DNA of 64,000 nt, taken from assembly GCA_035631035.1 (NCBI GenBank), contig DASQJL010000096.1, positions 1,234 through 65,233 on the forward strand, read 5' to 3'. The notes beneath the pieces were generated by a model. The model did no database searches and was not told the DNA's origin. It saw nothing but the letters and a program-made list of their open reading frames with translations. This DNA comes from Candidatus Binatia bacterium. Lineage in GTDB: Bacteria; Eisenbacteria; RBG-16-71-46; SZUA-252. Positions 1 through 9,066 of this stretch are shown here, in pieces (the first letter of the stretch is position 1; every line of letters starts with the position of its first letter). The translations under genes were made by a program, and so were the position numbers.

Positions 1-1201
1 GGCGGTCGGCCCGCTCGGCGGCCTCGCCGCCGGCGAACACGCGATTGAAATCGGAGCTCAGCTCCTGCCGCTCGAACGAGGCGAGGTTCTGCCCGCGCGC
101 GGCGGAGATGTCGAGACAGCGGAGCAGGAGCTCGAGCGCCTCGGAGCGGGTCAGGGCGTCGTCCGACCGTTCCGGGCCCTCCGCCTTCAGGACGGCCGTC
201 CCGGCGGCGCCGAACAGGGAGGCAAGCGCCCGGCAGAAGTCGCCCCGCGTGATCGCGTCGTCGGGTTCGAAGCGGCTCCCCTCGCCCGCCAGGATGCCGT
301 CGCGGCAGGCGGCCAGGGCGTAGCGCGTTTCCCACCCGCGCGGATCCAGGTCCTCGAAGCGGCGGACGTGATGCTCCAGAAACGCGACCGGGTCGACCGT
401 GGCGAGCAGCGCGAAGGTGCGGTCCTGGACGGTCGCGTTCTCCGCTTCCTCGGGGTCGAAGTCGTCGCCGGCCGAGGGGGCGGGCTCGGCGCTTCGGATC
501 TCGAGGTGGAGGTGGGGCGACGAGGCGCGTCCGGTGTTTCCGACCTGCGCGATGACCTGGCCCGCGGCGACCGCGTCGCCCCCGCGGACCCGGATCGAGC
601 CGGACTTCAGGTGGCCGTAGAGCGAATGCACGATCTGTCCGTCGGGGAGCGTGTGGCGGATCACGACGTAGTTGCCCCATCCCGTGCGCCACCGCGTCGT
701 GGTCCGGTACCGCGTCACCCACCGGGTCACCCGCTTCCTCTTCACGACCCGGGTCACCTTGACGTTCTTCGCGCTCCGCTCCCGGATCATCGCCCGCGCA
801 TCGGCCACCACGACGACCCCCGAAGCGACCGCGCGGACGGGCGATCCGCCGTGTCCGCACGAAAGATCCACCCCCTGGTGGGTGCGCTGCCCGTGCTTTC
901 CGTCGCGCACGACGAGATAGGAATCGGAGATGGTGAAGCCCGCGGACTCGCCCGGATGGGCTTGGGTGAAGTCGAGCTCGTCGCCGACGGGGTAGACGAA
1001 GGCGCCGGCGATCGGCTCGGCGCGCGATGCGGCGTTGGAGGAGGCGGCGTGGTCGGCCGCGAGCGCCGCGGGTGGAACGCAGGCAGCGAAGCCGACCGAC
1101 GCGGCGACGAGAATGAGCGCGGCCCGAAGCGTGACCCGCGAGGGCGTCCCGCGCCCCCGGTCACGAGCGGCCGGCGTTCTCGTGCGCCGCGCCGGCGGCA
1201 A
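1..1201 (-). CDS. M23/LytM-family metallopeptidase, lipoprotein-type N-terminus, C-terminal SLH-like repeats; the C-terminus runs off the window start
   Basis: My own translation of the minus strand is open from ~1201 to 1. It is absent from the ORF track because no stop lies inside the window. It reads HQGVDL, GNYVVIRH, VGNTGRASSPHLHLEIR (M23 zinc/catalytic motifs) and a lipobox-like VGFAAC. The tail has WETRYALAACRDGILAGEGSRFEPDDAITRGDF (SLH-like). A TTG start at 1201 lies 3 nt after the dac stop; the start is uncertain. Confidence 0.75.
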   Translation of the reverse strand, partial: MPPARRTRTPAARDRGRGTPSRVTLRAALILVAASVGFAACVPPAALAADHAASSNAASRAEPIAGAFVYPVGDELDFTQAHPGESAGFTISDSYLVVRDGKHGQRTHQGVDLSCGHGGSPVRAVASGVVVVADARAMIRERSAKNVKVTRVVKRKRVTRWVTRYRTTTRWRTGWGNYVVIRHTLPDGQIVHSLYGHLKSGSIRVRGGDAVAAGQVIAQVGNTGRASSPHLHLEIRSAEPAPSAGDDFDPEEAENATVQDRTFALLATVDPVAFLEHHVRRFEDLDPRGWETRYALAACRDGILAGEGSRFEPDDAITRGDFCRALASLFGAAGTAVLKAEGPERSDDALTRSEALELLLRCLDISAARGQNLASFERQELSSDFNRVFAGGEAAERADR

Positions 1202-1203
1202 CC

Positions 1204-2214
1204 CTATTGGTTCTCCACGGCGGGGTCGAGATCGCGATGGAGCGCGAAGCGGATGGTCCAGTCGAGAATCCGCTTGGCTTCGGCGAACCGAAGGGCGTTG
1301 CTGGGCGCTCCCAAGACGACAGCCGTGATTTCCGTTCCGGTCGGTGCCTGGATATTGGTGGCGAGGCAGTAGCCCGCTTCCTGGATGAACCCGGTCTTGC
1401 CCGCCGTGACGCGCCACTTGCTGCGCAGGAGCCGGTTCGTGTTGATCAGGAGGTGCAGGCGGCGGTTGGACGTGAAGGTGTACTGCTCCTTCTGCATGAT
1501 CGTGCTGACGATCTCATTGCTGGCGGCGGCGCGCAGGAGCTTGGCCACGGCCTGGGCGGTGGCGACGTTCTGCTCGCTCAGTCCCGTGGGCTCGACGAAG
1601 CGCGCGCCGGAAAGGCCGAGAGAGTCGGCCTTCACGTTCATCCGCCGCACGAACTCGCTGCGGTCGAGACCGCAGGTGCGCGCGAGCGCCTTGGCGGCCA
1701 CGTTGTCGGACGACATGAGCATGGCGTGAATCAGGTCGCGCACCGTGATCTCCTCGTGCGGACGGATGTGCGAGCGGCTGGAATTGCGAACGTCTTCCGG
1801 AAGGACCTCGACGACGCGGTCCCAATCGGGCGTGGTATCGAGCAGCACCAGGGCGCTGACCAGCTTGGTCAGGCTGGCGATCGGATAGACCCGTTCGGGA
1901 TTCTTCTGGAAGAGCACCTGGCCGCTGGCGTCCTCGACGTAGGCCGCTTTGACGTGGAGCCGGGGGATGCCGTAGGGGGTGATCGCCGGGAGACGGAGCA
2001 TGGCGACCTGGCGCCGCCGGCGAACCCTCAGCCGGTGGCGGGCCGACCTGGCGGCCGTCGCGCTGATGCGCGCCCGCCGGGAAGACCGCGAGGAGCGGGC
2101 AGCCGCGGAGGCATCACCGGTCTCGGCAACAAGCCCAAAAGCAATTGCGACACAGGCGATTACAGCGATCTTTCGAAGGCGGTGCGGAGAAGTCATAGCT
2201 CGGTCTGCCCTCAT
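1204..2214 (-). CDS. D-alanyl-D-alanine carboxypeptidase/endopeptidase (S11, PBP5/6-like)
   Basis: 336 aa with a signal-like N-terminus. SxxK (ASLTKL), SxN (SSDN) and KTG (AGKTGF) motifs occur in the correct order. Confidence 0.9.
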   Translation of the reverse strand: MRADRAMTSPHRLRKIAVIACVAIAFGLVAETGDASAAARSSRSSRRARISATAARSARHRLRVRRRRQVAMLRLPAITPYGIPRLHVKAAYVEDASGQVLFQKNPERVYPIASLTKLVSALVLLDTTPDWDRVVEVLPEDVRNSSRSHIRPHEEITVRDLIHAMLMSSDNVAAKALARTCGLDRSEFVRRMNVKADSLGLSGARFVEPTGLSEQNVATAQAVAKLLRAAASNEIVSTIMQKEQYTFTSNRRLHLLINTNRLLRSKWRVTAGKTGFIQEAGYCLATNIQAPTGTEITAVVLGAPSNALRFAEAKRILDWTIRFALHRDLDPAVENQ

Positions 2215-2346
2215 CCGTGAGTTACTCCCTGAATGACGGTTGGTGGAGAGACGGGGAAGGCGCCTCTCTCAGGGTTATCGGATGCGGCAGGCAGAACTGA
2301 AGGGGAAGTTCTAGCCTGACGGGCTCGGAAGCCCCTACTGGACAAG

Positions 2347-2376
2347 ATAATAGCATGGGTCCTGCCATCCTGTCTA
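2347..2376 (-). promoter_or_regulatory. Candidate sigma70 promoter of the dac/M23 operon
   Basis: The minus strand reads TAGACA, an 18-nt spacer, then an extended -10 TGcTATTAT. It lies ~140 nt upstream of the dac ATG in a locally AT-richer patch. Confidence 0.35.
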
Positions 2377-2400
2377 CCGGGCGGTTGCATCGGAGCACGG

Positions 2401-2440
2401 AATGAAGAAACGCGGCGCGCGTGGGTGGCGCGCGCCGCGT
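2401..2440 (-). terminator. Rho-independent terminator downstream of the PDZ-protein gene
   Basis: Perfect 12-bp GC stem (acgcggcgcgcg / cgcgcgccgcgt) with a 7-nt loop. On the minus strand it is followed by tttcttcatt. It lies 55 nt past the stop at 2496. Confidence 0.7.
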
Positions 2441-2495
2441 CATTCTCATGCGGTACAGTCCCTTACGGCCCCTCGCGTCTCAGGCCGTTCCGCTC

Positions 2496-3194
2496 CTAAT
2501 CGTCGTCGTCGCTGTCATTGTCCTTCGAGCGGTCGTTGTCATGATCGTCATCGTGCCCGTTCGAACGCTGCAGTTCCTGCCGCAGGGACTGGATCTCCTG
2601 CCGGAGCTCCCGGAGCTGGTCCCGGAGGTCCCGGATCTGCTGCTGAACGTCCCGGTCCTCCATCTGGGGCGGCATCGGGTGGTCGTCGTTGCTCGGGAAC
2701 CGGAGGTTGGGCATGCCCATCCCCGGCATCCCCTGCGGCCGCTCGCCCAGCTGGACGTTGACCGTGCGGAGCGAGCCCGAGCGCCAGAGCGTGATGCGGG
2801 TCCGGCTGCCCGGCGAGAGCCCGCGCACGACCTTGATCAGGTCCTGGGAGCTTTCGATCTTCTCGCGGTCCACTTCCGTGATCACGTCGCCGCGGCGGAC
2901 CCCCGCCCGATCCGCGGGACTGTCCTCCTCGACGCGGCTGACCAGGGCGCCCTCGTCGGTCGGAAGGCTGCGCGCCCGCTGGAGCGCGCGCGTGACGTCC
3001 TGGACCTGCACGCCCAGATAGCCGCCCTGCGCGTCGTCGCCGCCATAGATCCGGACCGTGCCCTGCCGGCCGTTGTCGGTATTGTCGTCGTCGTCGTCAT
3101 CCGCCCGCGCCGCCACCGGGGCGGTCAGGAGGGTGAGCGCCAGGCCGAGAGCCGCGAGGCTCCAGACCGGCCGCATGAACCGAGGCAATCTCAT
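2496..3194 (-). CDS. Secreted PDZ-domain protein with coiled-coil and poly-acidic C-terminal tail
   Basis: 232 aa with a signal peptide. PDZ-like core GYLGVQVQDV...SPADRAGVRRGDVITEVD. Followed by a QQQIRDLRDQLRELRQEIQSLRQELQ heptad-like stretch and a D/H/N-rich end. Confidence 0.8.
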   Translation of the reverse strand: MRLPRFMRPVWSLAALGLALTLLTAPVAARADDDDDDNTDNGRQGTVRIYGGDDAQGGYLGVQVQDVTRALQRARSLPTDEGALVSRVEEDSPADRAGVRRGDVITEVDREKIESSQDLIKVVRGLSPGSRTRITLWRSGSLRTVNVQLGERPQGMPGMGMPNLRFPSNDDHPMPPQMEDRDVQQQIRDLRDQLRELRQEIQSLRQELQRSNGHDDDHDNDRSKDNDSDDDD

Positions 3195-3297
3195 CGTGTT
3201 CCTCCGTAGCGAAAAATAGGGATGGGGTTGCGCCGCGCCTCACTCCGGTCTACCGCGAGGACCGGCCGAAGTTCCCGCCCTTCCTTGGACGGTGGAA

Positions 3298-4635
3298 CTA
3301 GTTGGCCGGTTGGAGCCGGAATGTCGAGCAGCCCGCCTTTCCGATGAAGGCGCCGATCGGACCACACGGCGCGCGAAGCGCGGGCGACAGGTCGCGGAGG
3401 GCGAAGTTGCCGTGCTCCGCGTCGCAGAAGAGCGGGTCCCCGACCCACGTGTTGACGGAGGGGAGCGCGCCGATGGCCCCTCCGGACGGATCCCAGATGA
3501 GGTTGCAGTCATATCGAGGAGACGTCTGCAGCCCCGTCACGGCGCGCTGACCATGATCCACCACAAAGATGTTTTTGCGCACCTCGGGAGAGACGTCGGT
3601 GAAGAAGAGGGTGGCGCCGTCTCCCTTGACCCTGTTCACGAAGAACGTGTTGCTCTGAAGCACCGGATTGACGTTGTTCATGCCGCGCCCGGCAATCCCC
3701 ATCGCCGCGGAGGCCGAGAGCGCCGAATTCTGGTTGAAGAGGCAGAGTCCCACGTTCATGCGCGAGTGATCGCACTGGATCGCGCCGGCCGTTCCGGCCT
3801 GATTCCTCTCGAACGTCGACCGCGAGACGTTGAACTCCGAGCCGCCCGCGATGCCCATCGCGCCTCCCGCCACGTCGGAGCTGTTCTCCTTGAAGGAGCA
3901 GCTCACGACGGTTCCCTGGCTCGAATCCTCGGCGGCGACGGCGCCGCCGATGGAACCGACCGCCCGGTTCCGCTCGAACACGAGGTTGCGGAGGGGGATG
4001 AGGAGCCGCGTATGGCTGAGCGAGATCGCGCCCCCTTCGTGCCCCTCGTTGTCGTAGAACTTCGATTCGAAGACACCCACCACCGAGTTGTTGGCGTCGA
4101 TGGCGCTCCCCTTGTTCTCCCGCAGGGTGCAATTGCCGATGGCGACCCCTTGCGAGTCCCAGATGGAGACGGCCGACTCCCAGTTGCCCGTGAAGACGCA
4201 GTTGGAAATCTGCACCATGCTGTCGCGAAGGCAGTAGATGCCGCCGCCGCTGTTCGAGTGGCCTCGCCGGATCGTGAAGCCCACGATGCTCATGCCGGTG
4301 ACCCCCTCGACATGCAGGACCCGAACGCTGTCCCTGCCGTCGAGCGTGGTCTTCTCGGCGCCCCCCAATGCGTAGAGCACGATCTTCTTCCTTACGGTGA
4401 ACGGCCCCCGGTAGACGCCGGGAGCGACCCAGACCGTGTCACCCGGCGCCGCCGCGTCGATCGCCGCCTGCAGCGTCTTGTGCTGGCGGGGAACGGGGCG
4501 TCGCTTGGCCGGGGCGTGGCGCGGCGCGGCGGCCGTCAGAACGAGCGCGAGCAGAAGGAGCACGGCGAGCGCGGTCGCGCTCGAGGCGCGGCTCTGGCGG
4601 CGGAGCGGATGCGTCGCACGGCGCCTAAGGGCCAA
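3298..4635 (-). CDS. Secreted right-handed parallel beta-helix repeat protein (pectate-lyase-fold / NosD-like)
   Basis: 445 aa with a signal peptide. It has repeated short G/N/S-rich turns (NCVFTGN, GNCTLREN, SKFYDNEG, LVFERNRA, CSFKENSS, STFERNQAG, CLFNQNSA) typical of PbH1 repeats. Confidence 0.75.
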   Translation of the reverse strand: MALRRRATHPLRRQSRASSATALAVLLLLALVLTAAAPRHAPAKRRPVPRQHKTLQAAIDAAAPGDTVWVAPGVYRGPFTVRKKIVLYALGGAEKTTLDGRDSVRVLHVEGVTGMSIVGFTIRRGHSNSGGGIYCLRDSMVQISNCVFTGNWESAVSIWDSQGVAIGNCTLRENKGSAIDANNSVVGVFESKFYDNEGHEGGAISLSHTRLLIPLRNLVFERNRAVGSIGGAVAAEDSSQGTVVSCSFKENSSDVAGGAMGIAGGSEFNVSRSTFERNQAGTAGAIQCDHSRMNVGLCLFNQNSALSASAAMGIAGRGMNNVNPVLQSNTFFVNRVKGDGATLFFTDVSPEVRKNIFVVDHGQRAVTGLQTSPRYDCNLIWDPSGGAIGALPSVNTWVGDPLFCDAEHGNFALRDLSPALRAPCGPIGAFIGKAGCSTFRLQPAN

Positions 4636-7489
4636 CCGCGCTCCCCGGGGCCGTGACCGACCCCGCCACCACCAGGGCGTAGCCGGAGGCGGGGCGCAGG
4701 TAGGCGCGCGCCGCCGCGGCGGCCGCCTCGCGCGTCACGCCGCGCACGATCGAAGTGTAGCGCTCGATGTAGTCCAGCCCCAATCCATAGACCTCCGCCG
4801 CCACCAGCTGCGAGGCGACGCCGGCGTTGGTCTCGAGACGAACCGGGAACACCCCGGTCAGATAATCCTTCGCGTCCTCCATCTCCGCGTCGGTCGGCCC
4901 CTGCTCCGCCATGCGGCGCACCTGCTCGAGGATGCTCGCGACCGCCCGGTCGGCGTTCGCGGGATTCGTCCCGGCGCGGATCGAGAGCGGCCCCGCGCCG
5001 ATGCCGGCCGCGAACGAGGAATAGACCCCGTACACCAGCCCCTGCTCGTCGCGCAGGCTGTTCATGAGCCGGCTGGAGAGCGAGCCCCCGCCGAGGATGT
5101 AGTTCATCACCATCGCCGCGTCGTAGTCGGGCGCGGTGCGGGGAATGCCGGGCACCGCGTAGACGACGTCGGTCTGCGATTTTCCCCTCATCGGCACGCG
5201 CAGCTCGAGCGTCGTCGCCGGGGCCGCCGCCTTCGGAACCTGGAACGGCGGCACCGGATCGAGCTTGGCCCATCCGCCGAAGGCGGCCCGCACCAGCTCC
5301 AGCGCGCGCTTGGGATCGACGTCGCCGACCAGGACCAGGATCGTGTTGTTGGGGCCGTAGTGGCTTCGGTGGAACGACGCCAGATCCTCGCGCGTGATCG
5401 CGCGGAGCGTGCTGTCGGTGCCCATCGGGTTCACGTGGTAGGGGTGCCCCTCGGGATACAGGAGGCCGTTCGCCCGGCGCGCCGCCACGCTGGCCGTCGA
5501 ATTCTCGGCGACCTGGTAGTCGGTGATCCGCTCCGCGCGGATCTTCTCCATCTTGTCCGCGGGGAAGGCGGGGTGCTGGAGGGCGTCGGCGAGCACGTCG
5601 AGCACCGTCGGGAGATCAGCGGAGAGCATCGTGGCCGAGATCGAAACCGTCTCGGACCCGCCGTCGAACGAGAGGTGGGCGCCCGCGCCCTCGATCGTCT
5701 CGGCGGTCTGGAGCGCCGTGCGCTTCGCCGTGCCCTGATCCAGCATCGCGGCGGTGAATCCGGCCAGCCCGCTCCGATCCGGCGGATCGTAGATGCCGCC
5801 CGCCTTGACGAGGCCCTGGAGGGAGATGGTCGGATTCGCCGGGTTGTTCCGCACGATCAGCGTGAGCCCGTTGGGGAGAACCGTGCGGTCGGGAGCCGCC
5901 CCGTGCATCACGCCGGCCGGCATGGCGGCCGCGCCCGGAGCGGCCGCACCCGTCCCACGCTCGTCCCGAGCCGCGGAGGCGGGAAGGCCGGGGAGCGCGC
6001 CGGCCGCCTCGTCGGGTCGGTAGTGGTCGACCCACCGCGAGGGGCCCGCCGCTCCGGCCGCCTCGGCGGGAGCGCCGTTCCCGGCCTCGGCCTGGTCTTC
6101 CGGCGTCGGGTCGTACCAGCCCACCGTGCGCGAGTTCTCCGTGAGATAGGTGCGCGCCACCCGCATCAGGTCCTCGGCGGTGACCGCGCGGACCCGCTCC
6201 ACATAGGTGTCCAGATAGCGCCAGGAAGCCACGGTGTTGTAGTACCCCAGCTGCTGCGCCAGGCTCCGGATCGAATCCTTGGAGTAGATGAACGAGGCCT
6301 CGACCTGCTTCTTCGCCCGCGCGAGCTCCTGGGGCGTGACCGGCTGGGTCTTGAGCCGATCGACCTCGGCGAGGAGTCCCGCTTCCAGGCGGTCCAGCTC
6401 GACCCCGGGCGCCGCCGTCGCCTGCGCGTTGAAGAGGAGCGGGTCGTGGCCGTTGTCGTTGCTCGCGTCCACCTCGGCCGCGAGCTTCTTCTCCACCAGC
6501 GCCTGGTAGAGGCGCGAGGTCTGGCCGTGGCCCAGGATGATCCCGAGCACGTCGAGGGCGTAGGTGTCGGGATGCGTCACCGCGGGATTTCTCCAGGCCA
6601 CGAGCAGGTAGCGGGTGTCGCCCGGCTTCCGGATCTTGAAGCGGCGCTCACCCATCTGCGGCGGCTCCACCGTGGTGACCGGCGGCGGCTCGGTTCCCTT
6701 CGGGACCGCTCCGAAGTACCGCTTCACCATCGCGAGGGCGGCCGGCGCGCTCACGTCGCCGACGACCACGACCGTCGCGTTGTTCGGCATGTAGTGGCTC
6801 TTGTAGTAGTCGCGGATCTGCTCCGTGCGGATCTGCTCGACGTCGGTGCGCCAGCCGATGGTGGGCCAGTGGTAGGGGTGCGCCTTGAAGGCCTGCGCCA
6901 TCGCTTCGAGATAGAGGGCGCGATGCGGATTGTCCTCGTTCCGCTCCAGCTCGGAGCGGACGACGGTCATCTCCAGGCGGTGCTCCTCGTCGGGGATCGT
7001 CGCGTGAATCATGCGGTCCGCCTCGATCTTCATCGCCATCTCCAGGCGGTCGCTCGCAAGGACCTCGAAGTAGGTCGTGTAGTCGAGCGACGTGCCCGCG
7101 TTGAACGTGGCGCCGTTCTTCTGGAGCAGCCGGGAGATCTCCCCCTTGCCGTAGGTGGGCGTCCCCTTGAACATCATGTGCTCGAGCAGATGGGAGATGC
7201 CGGTGATGCCGGCGCTCTCGTTCCGGGAGCCGACCTTGTACCAGACCATGAAGGCCGCCACCGGCGCCGTGTGAACCTCCTGGATCAACACCGTGAGCCC
7301 GTTGTCGAGGGTCGTCTCGAGCACGGGCGACTTCGCCGCTGGGGCTGTCATGGAACGTTTCCCTTTAGAAGTGGCGCCGGCGGAAGCCGGCGGTGCCTGG
7401 ATCGCCGTGAATGCGAGCAGGGAGAGGAGAAGTCCCGCTCCGCAAAGCCGTGGTGTGGCGCTCGGTCGAACGTTCGAAACCTGCCGCAT
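4625..7489 (-). CDS. Fused double-M16 (pitrilysin/insulinase-family) zinc protease; N-terminal half catalytic
   Basis: I trimmed the 1343-aa track ORF to the in-frame ATG at 7489 (MRQVSN..., signal peptide). HxxEH is present as GISHLLEHMMFKGT, followed by a second M16-like half without the motif. The region upstream of 7489 is antisense to the next gene. Confidence 0.88.
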   Translation of the reverse strand: MRQVSNVRPSATPRLCGAGLLLSLLAFTAIQAPPASAGATSKGKRSMTAPAAKSPVLETTLDNGLTVLIQEVHTAPVAAFMVWYKVGSRNESAGITGISHLLEHMMFKGTPTYGKGEISRLLQKNGATFNAGTSLDYTTYFEVLASDRLEMAMKIEADRMIHATIPDEEHRLEMTVVRSELERNEDNPHRALYLEAMAQAFKAHPYHWPTIGWRTDVEQIRTEQIRDYYKSHYMPNNATVVVVGDVSAPAALAMVKRYFGAVPKGTEPPPVTTVEPPQMGERRFKIRKPGDTRYLLVAWRNPAVTHPDTYALDVLGIILGHGQTSRLYQALVEKKLAAEVDASNDNGHDPLLFNAQATAAPGVELDRLEAGLLAEVDRLKTQPVTPQELARAKKQVEASFIYSKDSIRSLAQQLGYYNTVASWRYLDTYVERVRAVTAEDLMRVARTYLTENSRTVGWYDPTPEDQAEAGNGAPAEAAGAAGPSRWVDHYRPDEAAGALPGLPASAARDERGTGAAAPGAAAMPAGVMHGAAPDRTVLPNGLTLIVRNNPANPTISLQGLVKAGGIYDPPDRSGLAGFTAAMLDQGTAKRTALQTAETIEGAGAHLSFDGGSETVSISATMLSADLPTVLDVLADALQHPAFPADKMEKIRAERITDYQVAENSTASVAARRANGLLYPEGHPYHVNPMGTDSTLRAITREDLASFHRSHYGPNNTILVLVGDVDPKRALELVRAAFGGWAKLDPVPPFQVPKAAAPATTLELRVPMRGKSQTDVVYAVPGIPRTAPDYDAAMVMNYILGGGSLSSRLMNSLRDEQGLVYGVYSSFAAGIGAGPLSIRAGTNPANADRAVASILEQVRRMAEQGPTDAEMEDAKDYLTGVFPVRLETNAGVASQLVAAEVYGLGLDYIERYTSIVRGVTREAAAAAARAYLRPASGYALVVAGSVTAPGSAVGP

Positions 7490-7548
7490 TCCATCCTCCC
7501 GGGCGCCGCAGCGCTCAAGCGTAGCATGGGACGGCGCCGCCGCGGGCA

Positions 7549-8991
7549 TCAGACCCGCGCCAGCGCCGCGACGCACTCGATGTGCGCGGTGTGCGGAAAC
7601 ATGTCGACCGGCCGGACCCACGAGAGCCGATACCGTTCTTCGCAGAAGAGCGCGAGATCGCGCCCCAGGGTCGCCGGGTTGCACGAGACGTAGACGAGGC
7701 GCGGCGCGCCCATCTCGATCAGCCGCCGCGCCACGGCGGGATGGAGTCCCGCGCGCGGGGGGTCGACGAGCACCGCGTCCGGGGAGCCGCGCTCCTCGCG
7801 CAGCGCTTCGGCGGCTTCCGCCCGCACGAACCGGACGTTTTCGATCCCGTTCCGTTCGGCGTTTCGCCGCGCGTCGCGCACCGCCGCCTCGGAGGACTCG
7901 ATGCCGACCGCTTCCCGGGCACGGCGCGCGATCGGCAGCGTGAAGGTGCCGGTCCCCGAATAGACGTCGAGCACCCGCTCGTCGCCGCGAAGCTCCAGCC
8001 CCTCCATCGCGGTTTCCAGCAGGCGCTCCCCCTGTTCGGTGTTGGTCTGGAAGAAGGAGGCGGAGGAGATCTCGAAGACGAGATCCCCCAGGCGCTCCTC
8101 GATGCGGTCCCGCCCGGCAAGCACGCGCTCCTCCTCGCCCACCGCGATCTGCGCTTTCCGCCGCGTCAGGTTCAGCACGACGCTGGCGATCGACGGGAAG
8201 CCGGCGGTGATCCGCTCGGCGAATCCCGCGAAGGAGGGGTGCGGCGCCGAGGCGACCAGATTCACCATGACCTGCCCCGTACGGATCCCCTCGCGCACGG
8301 CGAGGAATCGGAGGAGTCCCGTGTGGCGGCGCGTGTCGTAGGGCTCGAGCCCTTCGGAGCGCGCCCAGGCGCGGGTCTCCGCGACGATCTCGCTCGCGAC
8401 CGGCCGGGCGATGTGGCAGCGGCCGAGGTCGAAGCTCCGGTCGAAGAACCCGCGGCGATGCAGCCCCAGCGTGAGCGCGCCGGAGGCGTCGCTGCCGAAG
8501 GAGAACTCCATCTTGTTCCGGTAGTGGAAGCGCTCCGGCGCCGGGACCACGGGGCGCACGGCGGCCGTGAGGCCCCCCAGGTGGGCGAGGCACTCCTCCA
8601 CCTGCCGCTCCTTGTGGCGGAGCTGCTCCGCGTAGTCGAGGTCCTGGAAGCGGCACCCGCCGCAGATCGGCACGTGCTCGCAGCGCGGCGTCACGCGCGC
8701 GGGGGAAGGACGGAGGACCGCCTCGGCCCGCGCCTCGGCGTACTGGCGCTTTCGGCGGAAGACGGTGGCGGCGACGCGGTCCCCCGGCAGCGCGTTCTCG
8801 ACGAAGATCACGAAACCGTCCACCTTCGCGAGCGCCGCTCCTCCGAAGGCGAGCCCGGTCACCTCCAGCTCCAGCCGGTCGCCTCGCCGGACGGTCGCGG
8901 CGGGGCTCGGGCGGGGGCCGGAATCGGCGAATTCCTGTGCCGGGACGGGATCGACTTCGGGGGTCACCTGGGAGCCCTCGCGGTGGGTCAC
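7549..8991 (-). CDS. 23S rRNA (uracil-5-)-methyltransferase, RumA/RlmD family (TRAM + Fe-S + SAM MTase)
   Basis: TRAM-like GDRLELEVTGLAFGGAALAKVDGFVIFV. Cys cluster RCEHVPICGGCRFQ. SAM motif VLDVYSGTGTF. Catalytic YVSCNPATL. The start is trimmed to GTG 8991 (alternative GTG 8967); the upstream part of the track ORF is compositional junk. Confidence 0.85.
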   Translation of the reverse strand: MTHREGSQVTPEVDPVPAQEFADSGPRPSPAATVRRGDRLELEVTGLAFGGAALAKVDGFVIFVENALPGDRVAATVFRRKRQYAEARAEAVLRPSPARVTPRCEHVPICGGCRFQDLDYAEQLRHKERQVEECLAHLGGLTAAVRPVVPAPERFHYRNKMEFSFGSDASGALTLGLHRRGFFDRSFDLGRCHIARPVASEIVAETRAWARSEGLEPYDTRRHTGLLRFLAVREGIRTGQVMVNLVASAPHPSFAGFAERITAGFPSIASVVLNLTRRKAQIAVGEEERVLAGRDRIEERLGDLVFEISSASFFQTNTEQGERLLETAMEGLELRGDERVLDVYSGTGTFTLPIARRAREAVGIESSEAAVRDARRNAERNGIENVRFVRAEAAEALREERGSPDAVLVDPPRAGLHPAVARRLIEMGAPRLVYVSCNPATLGRDLALFCEERYRLSWVRPVDMFPHTAHIECVAALARV

Positions 8992-9066
8992 GCCGAGGAG
9001 TTTACACCAAGCTCGAAGCCCAAGAACGGGCTTAGGGTAGCCCGTCCGGGGGCCGATAGGAGACGC

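Noticed and set aside
2215-2346. Possible c-di-AMP (ydaO-type) riboswitch in the ~140-nt structured 5' UTR of the dac/M23 cell-wall operon. The idea is tempting because cdaA and a KimA-like permease are in the window.
   Set aside because: I could not find the conserved ydaO core blocks as I remember them, including the 3' CCGACAGCUAACCUCGUA-like segment. Only generic small hairpins are present.
4436-7693. Very long ORFs antisense to real genes: 4436-7693 + (1085 aa), 44451-47642 - (1063 aa), 61595-63919 + (774 aa), 9597-11519 - (640 aa), 13390-14979 - (529 aa), 54716-57637 - (973 aa), 49099-51531 + (810 aa), and many shorter ones.
   Set aside because: Their translations are monotonous Arg/Gly/Pro/Asp/His-rich strings with no motifs. 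The opposite strand carries canonical catalytic signatures (M16 HxxEH, DExH helicase, FtsH, histidine kinase, Lon, and others). This is the expected stop-codon-poor shadow-frame artefact of GC-rich DNA.
4625-8656. The 1343-aa minus-strand ORF suggests a giant protein spanning the M16 protease and beyond. The track ORFs 15308-18076, 28242-30866, 7549-9792 and 27719-28636 are similarly over-long.
   Set aside because: Upstream of internal ATG/GTG codons the sequence turns into junk composition and overlaps neighbouring real genes. Signal peptides, lipoboxes or RBSs sit at the internal starts, so I trimmed to those.
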